From positions 128,001-192,000 of IMG/VR virus record IMGVR_UViG_3300044719_000253: a stretch of DNA of 64,000 nucleotides. One strand, 5' to 3'. The translations under genes and the position numbers were made by a program. The number at the start of each line of letters is the position of its first letter. Within the stretch, counting starts at the first letter, position 1. The notes under the pieces are model-generated. The model was not told the DNA's origin, did no database searches, and saw only the letters and a list, made by a program, of their open reading frames with translations. This DNA is from a virus. Lineage: Duplodnaviria > Caudoviricetes. Shown piece after piece: positions 1 through 8,896 of this stretch.

Positions 1-427
1 AGCGGATCTGTTGTGTTGGGTCGTAGGTCAGCTCCACGTAGAGCCAACAGGATTGTCGGTGAACGGCGTGGGTATGGATGTCGCCCAGCAGACGCGGGAA
101 ATAGAAGTGCAGCCGGGTTTCAGTGTCGTAGTCGTGGTGGGTGCGGAGATGATCCAAGAGCATTTGAAACTCGGGATGGTCATCTTCGCGGTAAGCTTCG
201 ATATAATGGACATCCGACAACCGTTGGCGAATCACCCAATCAATCCATACATCACGTTGGGTGAAGGAAGGCTGAAACCGGTTCACTGCCGTCCATGGAT
301 AGTTCAGATCCAAGGGTTGATGATCGATGATCCACGGAAACCGGTCCGCCGAACAGTCTAAAACGCGCTCTAGGTAAGTCAAAAAATCATAGATGTCCAG
401 TATCCAGACCGAACGTTTTTGCGCCAT
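1..427 (-). CDS. hypothetical protein, partial (runs off window start; absent from ORF track)
   Basis: Translated by hand from ATG at 427 (SD AAAAGGA upstream): MAQKRSVWILDIYDFLTYLERVLDC..., open to position 1. A TATATTAC motif lies at 453-460. Confidence 0.75.
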   Translation of the reverse strand, partial: MAQKRSVWILDIYDFLTYLERVLDCSADRFPWIIDHQPLDLNYPWTAVNRFQPSFTQRDVWIDWVIRQRLSDVHYIEAYREDDHPEFQMLLDHLRTHHDYDTETRLHFYFPRLLGDIHTHAVHRQSCWLYVELTYDPTQQIR

Positions 428-452
428 GGCGGTCCTTTTAACGTGATTCCAC

Positions 453-460
453 GTAATATA
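453..460 (-). promoter_or_regulatory. putative early (virion RNAP) promoter core TATATTAC
   Basis: Exact match to the phiKZ early-promoter motif, 25 nt upstream of the ATG at 427. Lacks the upstream YTAR element at the 13-nt spacing seen in the other copies. Confidence 0.55.
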
Positions 461-504
461 ACAGTGATGGGTAAATTAATGCCGAAACGAACTTCCGACG
501 GCAT

Positions 505-559
505 AAAAAGAAACACCACTTACCCAAACGCTCTCGTGAGAGAACCCTTAGGTAAGTGG
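505..559 (-). terminator. intrinsic terminator closing the phuZ/structured-RNA transcript
   Basis: Stem CCACTTACC...GGTAAGTGG (516-559) followed on the minus strand by TGTTTCTTTTT. Confidence 0.65.
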
Positions 560-1117
560 GAAATGGAGGGGCCTGAGATAACTAATGTTGACCAGGTCCG
601 TGATTCATGACTCAAAGACCTGTGTCCCTTCGTTCAATCTACTCCCCTCCAAGTATACTTCGTTTAACGTCCGATGATCCCGTCGTGTAACGCTGTGAAA
701 AACGTTACAGAGGACGTACAGACTCGGACCGACGCCGAATAGGCGCCGAATACCGCACGCGGCGGATAGGCTGAGAGTGTGAGATATCTATTTCACGGTT
801 TACCACGCAGAATGGGTAAACCGTGAAATGAACCCGAATGGAAACAGATGTAAGCTGACGTATCCCCTTAAACACGTGCCCACATAGTTCGCCTAGGATT
901 GATTGAGCCGACCCAGGGCGGGCGGGCTCCCACACACCACCATACCAATTCTCAAACGAGAACGGATCATGAATCTCCAACGGTAATGGATACATCTCGA
1001 CCGAAGGAATCAGATCCAGCAATTCCACCACGTGGCCGAAGCCGCTATGGAGAATGCTGGTAATGGTGGCTCTCAGCCATCCACCGGAAGGCGAACCTCC
1101 GATGATGGCAACGCGCA
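560..1117 (-). ncRNA. putative large structured RNA (3' trailer of phuZ)
   Basis: Nested helices: 1050-1069 pairs with 937-953; perfect 15-bp hairpin 790-804/815-829; 644-651 pairs with 564-571; TTCG-capped hairpin just after the phuZ stop. Confidence 0.55.
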
Positions 1118-2146
1118 TTACGCGAAGCTAACGCTGTTGACTTCGTCGTCGTCGTCCATCTCCGCTTCGAGTTGATCCGGCAGCGGGCGGTTGGCCGCGT
1201 CACGCAGATCGGCGATAATCTTCGACACCAACCCGTCGGTGATCAGATAGTTGGCCGACGTGCCATCGAAAGCGTTGCTGGCAGTCAGGTTCGGCACGAA
1301 GCCCACAGCCTGGTATTCCGGCATGTAGTCTTCGGGCAGATCCGTATGCACCCCCTGACGGGCCAGCGTAGCCACCGACAGGATGTTGCCGATCTTGTCG
1401 AGATCCGCTGCGAACAGATCGTCGTCCGCTTCTTTCGACCCGCCACGCAGCAGGATGTTCAGGCTGAACAGCTGCGGCTTCAGGCCGGACGTGATACCCG
1501 GCTTGGTGAAGTACAGCCAGTTGCGCAGGTCCATCGGGTCGAGTTCGCTGTTGCGGTTCGAGTACAACAGGCCGAGGTAGGTGATCGTCGACAGCATATG
1601 GTCGTTGACCTTGTCACGCGGCATGTTGACCGAGTTTTGCAGGTAGCTCATCACGACCGGGGCATTGCGTGCCTTGGCGATTTCCTGGTAGTTCTTGATC
1701 GTGGCACGGGTGTTGTTGATTTCGCGACGTGATGCGATCACGCCGATCAGCAGCACGATGGTCTGTTGACCTGCCGCCAGCAGTTCCGTCACGATCGACG
1801 GCGCCAGCACCGAACCGGAGCCACCAGCACCGGTGGACAGCACGATGTTCAGGTCGAGCGGTGGATGGGCCTTCAGGATCGGCTTGGTGTGTTCACGTGC
1901 CAGCGCCAGGTTTTCGGTGCGGTCTTTACCCGAACCCTTGGTCTTGGGCAGCAGGTAGGTTTCCATGCCGAGCGTGTGGTCGCCCAGATTGGACACTGCG
2001 GTGTCGATTTGCACCGGCTCGAAGCTGGCCAGCATTTCCGGATTGATGCGGATCTTGCCGAGTTGGCTGGCGATGTTGATCGCGGCGCCGCCGCAGCAGT
2101 ACAGACGGATGCGGCCTTTGGGGGCGGTGTTGATAGTTTCGCTCAT
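1118..2146 (-). CDS. phuZ: PhuZ phage tubulin
   Basis: Tubulin/FtsZ motifs CCGGAAIN, QIDTA, GSGKDR and signature GAGGSGS; 342 aa with acidic C-terminal tail. Confidence 0.95.
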   Translation of the reverse strand: MSETINTAPKGRIRLYCCGGAAINIASQLGKIRINPEMLASFEPVQIDTAVSNLGDHTLGMETYLLPKTKGSGKDRTENLALAREHTKPILKAHPPLDLNIVLSTGAGGSGSVLAPSIVTELLAAGQQTIVLLIGVIASRREINNTRATIKNYQEIAKARNAPVVMSYLQNSVNMPRDKVNDHMLSTITYLGLLYSNRNSELDPMDLRNWLYFTKPGITSGLKPQLFSLNILLRGGSKEADDDLFAADLDKIGNILSVATLARQGVHTDLPEDYMPEYQAVGFVPNLTASNAFDGTSANYLITDGLVSKIIADLRDAANRPLPDQLEAEMDDDDEVNSVSFA

Positions 2147-2262
2147 GGTGTTTCCTTGTGTTTTTGGTTATGAAAAGCTTAAGTTCAATTGGACATTGAA
2201 TATAAGCAACTATGTAAAAAAACACTCAGCCAGCTATGCCGCCAGCCGAGTGCAAACGAGGT

Positions 2263-4548
2263 TCAATAAAAACGCTTGCCATGGCGAGTCAACAATCCCG
2301 CCATGAGATACGCACGCAACAGCTCTGGAGTCGCCGGGACATTCATGGCGATTTCCCGGTAAGGCAAATTTTGACTGGTCAGTTCAGCGCTGATGGGCAA
2401 GTTCGCCGTAGCCATGTTCGGCTTTTTCAACGGCACCAAATGGTAAATGTCATTGGTACTGAATTGCACTTCCGCCGCGTTCGTTACCATTTTTATCGCT
2501 TCGCCGAGCAGCAGAGGAAGTTGAAAATGCCGCGCGATATAAAAGTTTGCCTGCGGAAACGCTTGCTGGAACAAACCGGCAGACGCCGTCACCATGTCAT
2601 CGGTTTCAGCGTCCATCACATGCACAACGAACACTCCTTCAAATTCCTGGGATTGAGAGGAGAGATGATTATATTCCACACCACCCTGATCAACAGAAGT
2701 TTGTGTGATCTGCTGCGCTTGACTGGAAATCGCTGCGTTCAGCCGTTCACGCACCGTCACGGGATCCAACAACATCGATAATGTAAATTCAGTGGTGGGG
2801 TTGGGGTTATCGGACAGGACCTTTCGCATGACATTAAACTTGCTCATTCTTTCGGTCGGAGTCGATGGCTTGATCAGAACATTTTGAATTCTGAGGTGGC
2901 CGTAGGTCGACATCGCCACCGCGGTCGCTTCGTTCAGGATTTTTGGTATAACGCCGGTAATATCCCCCTTATCGTAGTTTACCACATGAATTTTGGCGGA
3001 CGGGAATGCCGCCTGCAAGTTCCGCCGATGAAACTCGAAAGTTGCAGCTACCGAATTGTCTTCAACGTGAACCAGGAATACGCCGTCAAAATTCTCTGGG
3101 AACATCGAACCCAGCCATTGTTCCTTCAATGAGGATTGATGGATCGGGGGGTACGAATAGACTGGTTCGGAGGACGGGGTTGGGAAACGGAAACCATCCG
3201 GCATCTTTGGGAATGAATTCATCTGCGGGAGCGGGCCATAGGGTTGAGAATTCCATGCCGGACCACGCAGCAACGTTTTTTCCAGATGCGGATACACCGT
3301 CCGCGACAGGTCATCGAACTTCTTTTCCAGAGCGCGCTGGCCGGCAATAAAGTCATTCGACAATTTCCCCAAAGCCTTTTCGAGATAACGGACCACCGCG
3401 CCCTCAGCTGGACCGCCATCCGCTGCGGTATTCTCGACCGGTTTATCGCGCCGAGAACGCAAATACGCTTCCGCATGCGTCAGGTATTCGATAGTCCATG
3501 CCCGAGCAATTTTCCTCGAAGAGTTGGGGTCGCTGAGCAGATCGATCGCGTTGCGAACGGCTATGCACAGTTCATCCATACCGACCAATTGAGTTGGTTC
3601 TTCGTGCAGAGTTTCTGCTGATTTTGCCAATTCGCCGGTGCGCAGCGATTGAATCACCGTGTCGATCGATGCAACGAGGCTGGCCACTTCTTCCTTATTG
3701 GGTTCAACTTGGTTGCGGAACACGTTGATCAACGCGTCGACCAAATCAATGTCGTTATGTGTCGACATCGCGAGTGGGCGCAATGCCAGTACTTCACGGG
3801 CACCGTACAGTTCACTCAAGATACGTTCCACACTGATCGACTTTTCTTTGCCCGGGTCCAACAACAGCTGCCGAGCGAGTTCCAGCGTGCATTCGAATTG
3901 GATGGTGTTCATCGTTTGGGGTTGGGGGTTCATCGTGGTATCCTGTTGTGGTTGTTGGTTAAAGCCGCGGGACAGCAAATTCTGAATAACGTTGTACAGC
4001 AATTCTGGACGTTTGGCGATGACAGGTTCGTCGTTGGGGCGAATATAGAAGTTGTCACACTCGCGCACCTTATCGAAGAGGAAGTTCATCGGGTTTTTCG
4101 GAATCAGCGACGCAAGATGACGGAAGCTATCGGTGTGGTGATCCATGATCACGATCCAACGATCCTTCGTGTGACCCCGTTCTCGCCACCCCATCAAGAG
4201 TTGCTCGAAGCAATGCCAATAAACCAAGATTTCTTCATCCACAGAATCTTTGTCGCCGATGTTAAAAATGTACGAGCCGGTGGCACGTAACTGATCGATC
4301 GTTTTACCAATCGGCACGGCAGCACTATTAGTCCACTGCGGCACCTTGACACCGTAGAATAAAATGTGGAGCTTGGGGTTGGTGTTTTCACCAGCAGTGA
4401 TGTCGATCGATTCGTAGGGTTGAATTTCTTTGTTGCATTGTGAGCAGCGATCATTGTGCGCGCTATCACCTACGACCCCCCAATGTTCATCACAATGCCG
4501 ATAGTAGTTTTGATACGTTTTTGATTCTTCCTGCTGAATGTCGGCCAT
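2263..4548 (-). CDS. large hypothetical protein: N-terminal Cys/His cluster, duplicated C-terminal domain, possible internal start at 3933
   Basis: 761-aa ORF with SD (GAAGGA). N-terminal HCDEHW...DRCSQC. Internal repeat FDGVFLVHVED..AFPSA versus FEGVFVVHVMD..AFPQA. Confidence 0.8.
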   Translation of the reverse strand: MADIQQEESKTYQNYYRHCDEHWGVVGDSAHNDRCSQCNKEIQPYESIDITAGENTNPKLHILFYGVKVPQWTNSAAVPIGKTIDQLRATGSYIFNIGDKDSVDEEILVYWHCFEQLLMGWRERGHTKDRWIVIMDHHTDSFRHLASLIPKNPMNFLFDKVRECDNFYIRPNDEPVIAKRPELLYNVIQNLLSRGFNQQPQQDTTMNPQPQTMNTIQFECTLELARQLLLDPGKEKSISVERILSELYGAREVLALRPLAMSTHNDIDLVDALINVFRNQVEPNKEEVASLVASIDTVIQSLRTGELAKSAETLHEEPTQLVGMDELCIAVRNAIDLLSDPNSSRKIARAWTIEYLTHAEAYLRSRRDKPVENTAADGGPAEGAVVRYLEKALGKLSNDFIAGQRALEKKFDDLSRTVYPHLEKTLLRGPAWNSQPYGPLPQMNSFPKMPDGFRFPTPSSEPVYSYPPIHQSSLKEQWLGSMFPENFDGVFLVHVEDNSVAATFEFHRRNLQAAFPSAKIHVVNYDKGDITGVIPKILNEATAVAMSTYGHLRIQNVLIKPSTPTERMSKFNVMRKVLSDNPNPTTEFTLSMLLDPVTVRERLNAAISSQAQQITQTSVDQGGVEYNHLSSQSQEFEGVFVVHVMDAETDDMVTASAGLFQQAFPQANFYIARHFQLPLLLGEAIKMVTNAAEVQFSTNDIYHLVPLKKPNMATANLPISAELTSQNLPYREIAMNVPATPELLRAYLMAGLLTRHGKRFY

Positions 4549-4613
4549 GATCGTTCCTTCTGTTGTTGGTTATAAGAAAATACCGAGATGCTATGTGCTA
4601 GTCGTTCAAATTA

Positions 4614-4638
4614 GTAATATAGCCTTTAATTTTTCTAG
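4614..4638 (-). promoter_or_regulatory. putative early promoter CTAG-N13-TATATTAC
   Basis: Minus strand reads CTAG AAAAATTAAAGGC TATATTAC, upstream of the 761-aa gene. Confidence 0.7.
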
Positions 4639-4647
4639 GAGCCTGAA

Positions 4648-5457
4648 GTGAATCCCATCACTAAAGCACTTGACGAGGTTGCCTTCCGGATTCCGCGTGA
4701 GATCCTGAAGGTGGTGTTCCTCGAACCATATCAACAGTACCGGGATCTGCCTGGTGATATCAAAGAACGCATTCGCTACCTCGTGCTGCAACAACGGGTG
4801 CTGGTTGACTGTAACTTGATGAACGGGGTGGAAACCCGCATCGATTTGTCGGATCTTCCCCGCGAATCGGTGGATGATGGCTACACCACGGTGTTCCGGA
4901 TCCCGAAGAACCGCACCAACGGTCGTTCGATCCTGAGCGTGTTCGATGTGACGTACGGCGACCTGTATAACACCCAATCTGGGTATGGGGTATATTCTTA
5001 CAGCCGATCGAGTCCGGCATTGCAACTGGCCAATGCTGCAATGGAAGCGCAAGTGCGTACGCCGTATGTCGGCTCGACCCGGGTGGAATTGATCGGGGAA
5101 AACGTCATCATGGTGCAAGACGCGATCATCCTACCCCAGAATCTGTATCTGCGCTGCTCACTGGAGAACGATGAGAACCTGTCGAATATCCATGCTCGCA
5201 GTTATCTGGTGTTTGCCCGGTTGGTGGAACTCGCAGTCAAGGCGTATATCTACAACTCCTACGTGATCCGTCTGGATATCGGCGAACTGCGCGCAGGTGT
5301 GCAGATCGGTAAGATCAAAGAAATCATCGATGGGTACGCAGACGCAGAACAAATGTATCAGGACCATCTGAGGGAAGTTTGGAGTAAGGTCTCGTTCATG
5401 AACGATCAAGAATCGATGCGACGTTACATGAGCCTGATGATCGGCTCGTCGCGGTGA
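4648..5457 (+). CDS. conserved phiKZ-like protein, probably virion structural
   Basis: 269-aa ORF, GTG start with AGGAG SD, TATG late-type motif near 4592, ends at a palindromic terminator. N-terminus MNPITKALDEVAFRIPREIL resembles jumbo-phage core proteins as recalled. Confidence 0.6.
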   Translation: MNPITKALDEVAFRIPREILKVVFLEPYQQYRDLPGDIKERIRYLVLQQRVLVDCNLMNGVETRIDLSDLPRESVDDGYTTVFRIPKNRTNGRSILSVFDVTYGDLYNTQSGYGVYSYSRSSPALQLANAAMEAQVRTPYVGSTRVELIGENVIMVQDAIILPQNLYLRCSLENDENLSNIHARSYLVFARLVELAVKAYIYNSYVIRLDIGELRAGVQIGKIKEIIDGYADAEQMYQDHLREVWSKVSFMNDQESMRRYMSLMIGSSR

Positions 5458-5470
5458 CAAAAAAGAAAGC

Positions 5471-5514
5471 GCATAACGCCTCCCTCTACCCGCTGGGGTA
5501 GAGGGAGGTATGTC
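5471..5514. terminator. bidirectional hairpin (GGCATA/TATGYC family) between convergent genes
   Basis: 13-bp perfect stem CCTCCCTCTACCC/GGGTAGAGGGAGG flanked by GCATA and TATGTC. Confidence 0.75.
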
Positions 5515-5515
5515 G

Positions 5516-5737
5516 TTAGGCGAGCAGGAGTTCACGGGTCCGGTGCAATTGTTCCCGTTGATGCTTGAGGCGATCCGCAGAAACTTGGTTGACGAAAATC
5601 ACAGCGCTCTCAATGGAACAAGCACATTTCTCTTGGTAATGGCGAATCGCGGTTTCCCGCTGTCCTTGTCCAATGAGTAAGTTGACTTCCTCGCGCATGG
5701 TATCAGCGCAAGCCGAGTGTTTCTGAGAGCGGGCCAT
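5516..5737 (-). CDS. hypothetical protein
   Basis: 73-aa ORF with SD GAGGAG, directly downstream of the 5755 gene. Confidence 0.65.
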   Translation of the reverse strand: MARSQKHSACADTMREEVNLLIGQGQRETAIRHYQEKCACSIESAVIFVNQVSADRLKHQREQLHRTRELLLA

Positions 5738-5754
5738 GATTACTCCTCATGAGG

Positions 5755-6444
5755 TTACGCGGCCAGATGTTCTCCGGCACGCAGACCAGGATGGCGACGC
5801 GAACCGTCCACGTCACTTTTCTTGAAGAAAGGTTTCTTCTCACCTTGCTTCTTCACATCATGGGAGGTCAAGCGCGGTTGGGTGGACCGCGCGACCGGGT
5901 GATGCGCACGACGCCGTGGCGGCAGCCCATCGTTGATGTCGATCTTCTGGGTGAAGTCGATATCCATCTGTTCTTCCAGATCTGCTTGGAAGGTCGGCGA
6001 GAAGATCCAGTTCTTCATGTCGTAGTCACCCAGGAAGCGCCAACCCTTGCGCTTGAACACCCGCATCGCCATCTTGGTGAAACTGATGGTGGTGTGCATC
6101 TGCGGCACCACGCCGACGATTTGCCCGGATTTGGTCACGCGATAATCCTTTTCTCGAGCATGGAATACCACCACCCCATAAGGCGTACCCATCACCAGAA
6201 TCAGGTTGTTCAGATGTTGCTTGGTTTCATCCGGGTGCTTGGCGTGGATACGCGCCGTTTCACCCGCCTTCAGCACTACGCGGTCTTCCGGATGGTCGAC
6301 GATCGGCATGAAGTTCGCGTACGGCCCGATGCGCTCGCGCCCCATGAAGGCGTGCTTGTACGCGATCTGAGTGCCGTCCGCTTGGTATGCGCGGTAGAAA
6401 CCTTCGATCGTGCGCTGCTCGTTGATGTGTTCGACTTTGCTCAT
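5755..6444 (-). CDS. hypothetical protein, strongly C/G-ending codons, basic C-terminal tail
   Basis: SD AAAGGGA before ATG at 6444 (MSKVEH...). The track's upstream start at 6528 is less likely. Confidence 0.75.
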   Translation of the reverse strand: MSKVEHINEQRTIEGFYRAYQADGTQIAYKHAFMGRERIGPYANFMPIVDHPEDRVVLKAGETARIHAKHPDETKQHLNNLILVMGTPYGVVVFHAREKDYRVTKSGQIVGVVPQMHTTISFTKMAMRVFKRKGWRFLGDYDMKNWIFSPTFQADLEEQMDIDFTQKIDINDGLPPRRRAHHPVARSTQPRLTSHDVKKQGEKKPFFKKSDVDGSRRHPGLRAGEHLAA

Positions 6445-6496
6445 GGTGATCCCTTTCTTTGTTATGGAGTTATCGACAATGTTTCTACTGGACATC

Positions 6497-6769
6497 TTAT
6501 TCCCGGATTGGAATATTTTTTGATACAAAGTCCTTTCGCGGATGAATAAAAGGAACGGGGTACAAATTAGTTACACAGAGCCATACTGCGCGATGCCTGT
6601 GGTGCACCACAGGCATCGGCAATCTGGGTAACTTGGGCGATGATGCCGGTGGGGTGGTGGGTCGGTGATCCCGAACCAACCACCATAACAACCCGGCAAT
6701 AATAACAGGTAGCATAAAAAAGCTCCTTAGCGCTAGGGATAAATTCCATCCATTTATCTCTAACGCCAA
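6497..6769 (-). CDS. possible small membrane protein
   Basis: 90-aa ORF with hydrophobic FFMLPVIIAGLLWWLV; start uncertain. Confidence 0.35.
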   Translation of the reverse strand: MALEINGWNLSLALRSFFMLPVIIAGLLWWLVRDHRPTTPPASSPKLPRLPMPVVHHRHRAVWLCVTNLYPVPFIHPRKDFVSKNIPIRE

Positions 6770-6772
6770 GCG

Positions 6773-7000
6773 TCACAGATCGATGGGAATGTCTTTGGTC
6801 TTGGCCAATGCGATCAACTCGTCAATCGCGACTTGAGCATCGTCGCGGGTGTGTGCGTGATTGCATCGTTCGAATAAGGCATTGATTTCATCAATGTCCG
6901 CTTGGTTGCTGGCAGCTTCATACAACAGAACTACGACGCGTGCGGCAATACGGCGCAATCGTAATAGTTCAATTTGTTTCTTTAATAAATTGAAGGTCAC
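6773..7000 (-). CDS. small helical hypothetical protein
   Basis: GTG start at 7000 with SD AAAGGGA; helical composition. Confidence 0.6.
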   Translation of the reverse strand: MTFNLLKKQIELLRLRRIAARVVVLLYEAASNQADIDEINALFERCNHAHTRDDAQVAIDELIALAKTKDIPIDL

Positions 7001-7041
7001 GGACAATCCCTTTATCGTTATCGACAAAAACAACCTACAAG

Positions 7042-7070
7042 AGAGAGTTGGGTATCCCCCAACTCTCTCA
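7042..7070 (-). terminator. intrinsic terminator ending the membrane-protein operon
   Basis: 12-bp stem GAGAGAGTTGGG/CCCAACTCTCTC followed by TTGTAGGTTGTTTTT on the minus strand. Confidence 0.7.
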
Positions 7071-7182
7071 GTAGTGTATTGCTTAACTAAAATTGCCCGC
7101 CATCACATTCGTTCCGATGAAGAGGAATGCGGCAAGCAACAACGATCCCAGGACTTGTCCCAGAGTCGGATGCTGGATTGCT

Positions 7183-7878
7183 TTAGGCGCCAGCGGGTGC
7201 AGCTTCAGGTGCGCTTTCAACAGTGACCTCCGTCGCGGTGGTGTTGCGGTTGAACAAACCCTTCGCCCAGTTCCAGGCCGAAACCAGCCAACCTTTGGCG
7301 GTCGCGGTGGCTTCGACCAGCCAGTGGCCGATCCGGGTGAAGATCGAGGCAGTGCCAGCGTCGACCGGAGTCGACTCGACCGTGGCGTCGGTCATTCCGG
7401 ACACAGAGGATACTGCGGTGCTGATATTTTTACCACGGAGCCAGAACCACAAGCCGGCGGCGCCGGCGAACACGGTCAGCGCGCCCGCGATCGCTTTCTT
7501 CTTGTTACCGGCCACCCAGGCTTTGAAACGGGCCCACAGACTGGGCTTGGCTTCTTTGACCGCAGCGGGAGTAACGTCCAGCTTGATCTGGGCAGCTGCC
7601 GCGTTGTTCAGACCTTCGAGGGCGACGGCGAGCTTGGCACCGACACCACTGGTGTCACCAGCCGGCTGTTCGATTTCGAGCAGACTAGCGTCCAGGCCGA
7701 TCGAGGTGAGCATGGTCTTGATCTCGATTTCGAGGTTTTCGCGATCTTGGCCGGTGGCGGTGACGAGTTGATGACGCTTGATGTTGATCTGGTCCTTGAC
7801 CACTTGGAATGCGTGGTTCAGTTCTTTCACGCTCGGTTGACGGGTGGTGGCTTCTTTAGCTTGATGGATGTTATTCAT
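7183..7878 (-). CDS. membrane protein: N-terminal coiled coil, one TM helix, Trp-rich amphipathic helices
   Basis: SD AGGAA before ATG at 7878; TM AIAGALTVFAGAAGLWFWL; amphipathic SLWARFKAWV and GWLVSAWNWAKGLF. Confidence 0.8.
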   Translation of the reverse strand: MNNIHQAKEATTRQPSVKELNHAFQVVKDQINIKRHQLVTATGQDRENLEIEIKTMLTSIGLDASLLEIEQPAGDTSGVGAKLAVALEGLNNAAAAQIKLDVTPAAVKEAKPSLWARFKAWVAGNKKKAIAGALTVFAGAAGLWFWLRGKNISTAVSSVSGMTDATVESTPVDAGTASIFTRIGHWLVEATATAKGWLVSAWNWAKGLFNRNTTATEVTVESAPEAAPAGA

Positions 7879-7931
7879 GATAGATTTCCTTGAATTGATT
7901 TGATAAGTGTGTCGGTTAACTTGGACGAGGT

Positions 7932-8288
7932 TCACGGCATGTTGGGGTCGGGTTGCTTAGTCCCGCTGGTTCGAAGGATCAGAGCGAATACAGCAGCCAC
8001 CAGCAACCAGGGCAGCAGGAACAGGAAGCCCATGACGATTTGGTGGATCAGCCAGACTGCCCCCACAAAACCGAGTGCGTCCAGCAGCGCATCACCCAGG
8101 TAGGCGACCGGCGAAGCATGCGGCACCGTCTCGACTTCTTGACCACCGATGATGACCTTGGCGGCTTTAAAGGCGAGATGGGCTTTACGCATCGTTTGCG
8201 CGATGCGGCGCGCTTCCTGCCATCCGGTGGGTTTCAGACGCAGGATATTCGCGATAAACACGGCGGCCGTGTCGAAGAATTGATTCAT
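7932..8288 (-). CDS. small membrane protein (2 predicted TM)
   Basis: SD AAGGAG; hydrophobic C-terminal half; overlaps the upstream stop. Confidence 0.75.
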   Translation of the reverse strand: MNQFFDTAAVFIANILRLKPTGWQEARRIAQTMRKAHLAFKAAKVIIGGQEVETVPHASPVAYLGDALLDALGFVGAVWLIHQIVMGFLFLLPWLLVAAVFALILRTSGTKQPDPNMP

Positions 8289-8581
8289 GTGGACTCCTTG
8301 AGTTGCAGCACGGTGTTGTGCACGATTTGCAATCCCACCACCCCGAGGTCAATTAAGAACAACAGAGCGATAAGCGGCGGCACACCGATACTGGCGATTG
8401 CGCATAACAGGAAAAACGACCACACCAGCAAACGCCAGAACGCAAAGACCAAATGGCCCGTGCTGATCGGTTGCGCTTGCAAGGTGGCGTGGATCAACCC
8501 CACCACCGGTGCGACCACTGCGGTGGCGATGATTTTGATGGAAAAGATGAGACTTTTGATGAAGCTTAATACCTTACGCAT
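8285..8581 (-). CDS. small membrane protein (2-3 TM, GVP kink)
   Basis: SD AAGGAG before ATG at 8581; segment AIASIGVPPLIALLFL. Confidence 0.75.
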   Translation of the reverse strand: MRKVLSFIKSLIFSIKIIATAVVAPVVGLIHATLQAQPISTGHLVFAFWRLLVWSFFLLCAIASIGVPPLIALLFLIDLGVVGLQIVHNTVLQLKEST

Positions 8582-8620
8582 GACAAACTCCTTGTGTGGG
8601 CATAACACCCACACCTGAGA

Positions 8621-8893
8621 TCAGGCGTAGGCGTTAGCGGTGTCTTTGAAAATGTTACCAAACGTAGCGAACACGTCGCTATAGACCATAATCCGTAGCG
8701 CCAGCAACACCGCCACGTATTCGAAGAAAAACAATGATACGATGCCTAAGGTTAGATACAACGCTAAGCGACCGACGTATTGTTTATCGATCTCATCGAC
8801 CTGACCCTGCTGGGTGTGTTCGATGAGGCGCATGAGGCCACCGATCGTATTTCGATAGAAGGCCTGCACAAACTTCTGGAGGAAATCCCACAT
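8621..8893 (-). CDS. small membrane protein
   Basis: 90 aa, starts 3 nt after the upstream stop; LALYLTLGIVSLFFFEYVAVLLAL. Confidence 0.7.
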   Translation of the reverse strand: MWDFLQKFVQAFYRNTIGGLMRLIEHTQQGQVDEIDKQYVGRLALYLTLGIVSLFFFEYVAVLLALRIMVYSDVFATFGNIFKDTANAYA

Positions 8894-8896
8894 GGC

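Noticed and set aside
2197-2204. TATATTCA upstream of phuZ as an early promoter
   Set aside because: The core deviates from the consensus and lacks the YTAR element at 13-nt spacing. It may be another promoter class but cannot be supported here.
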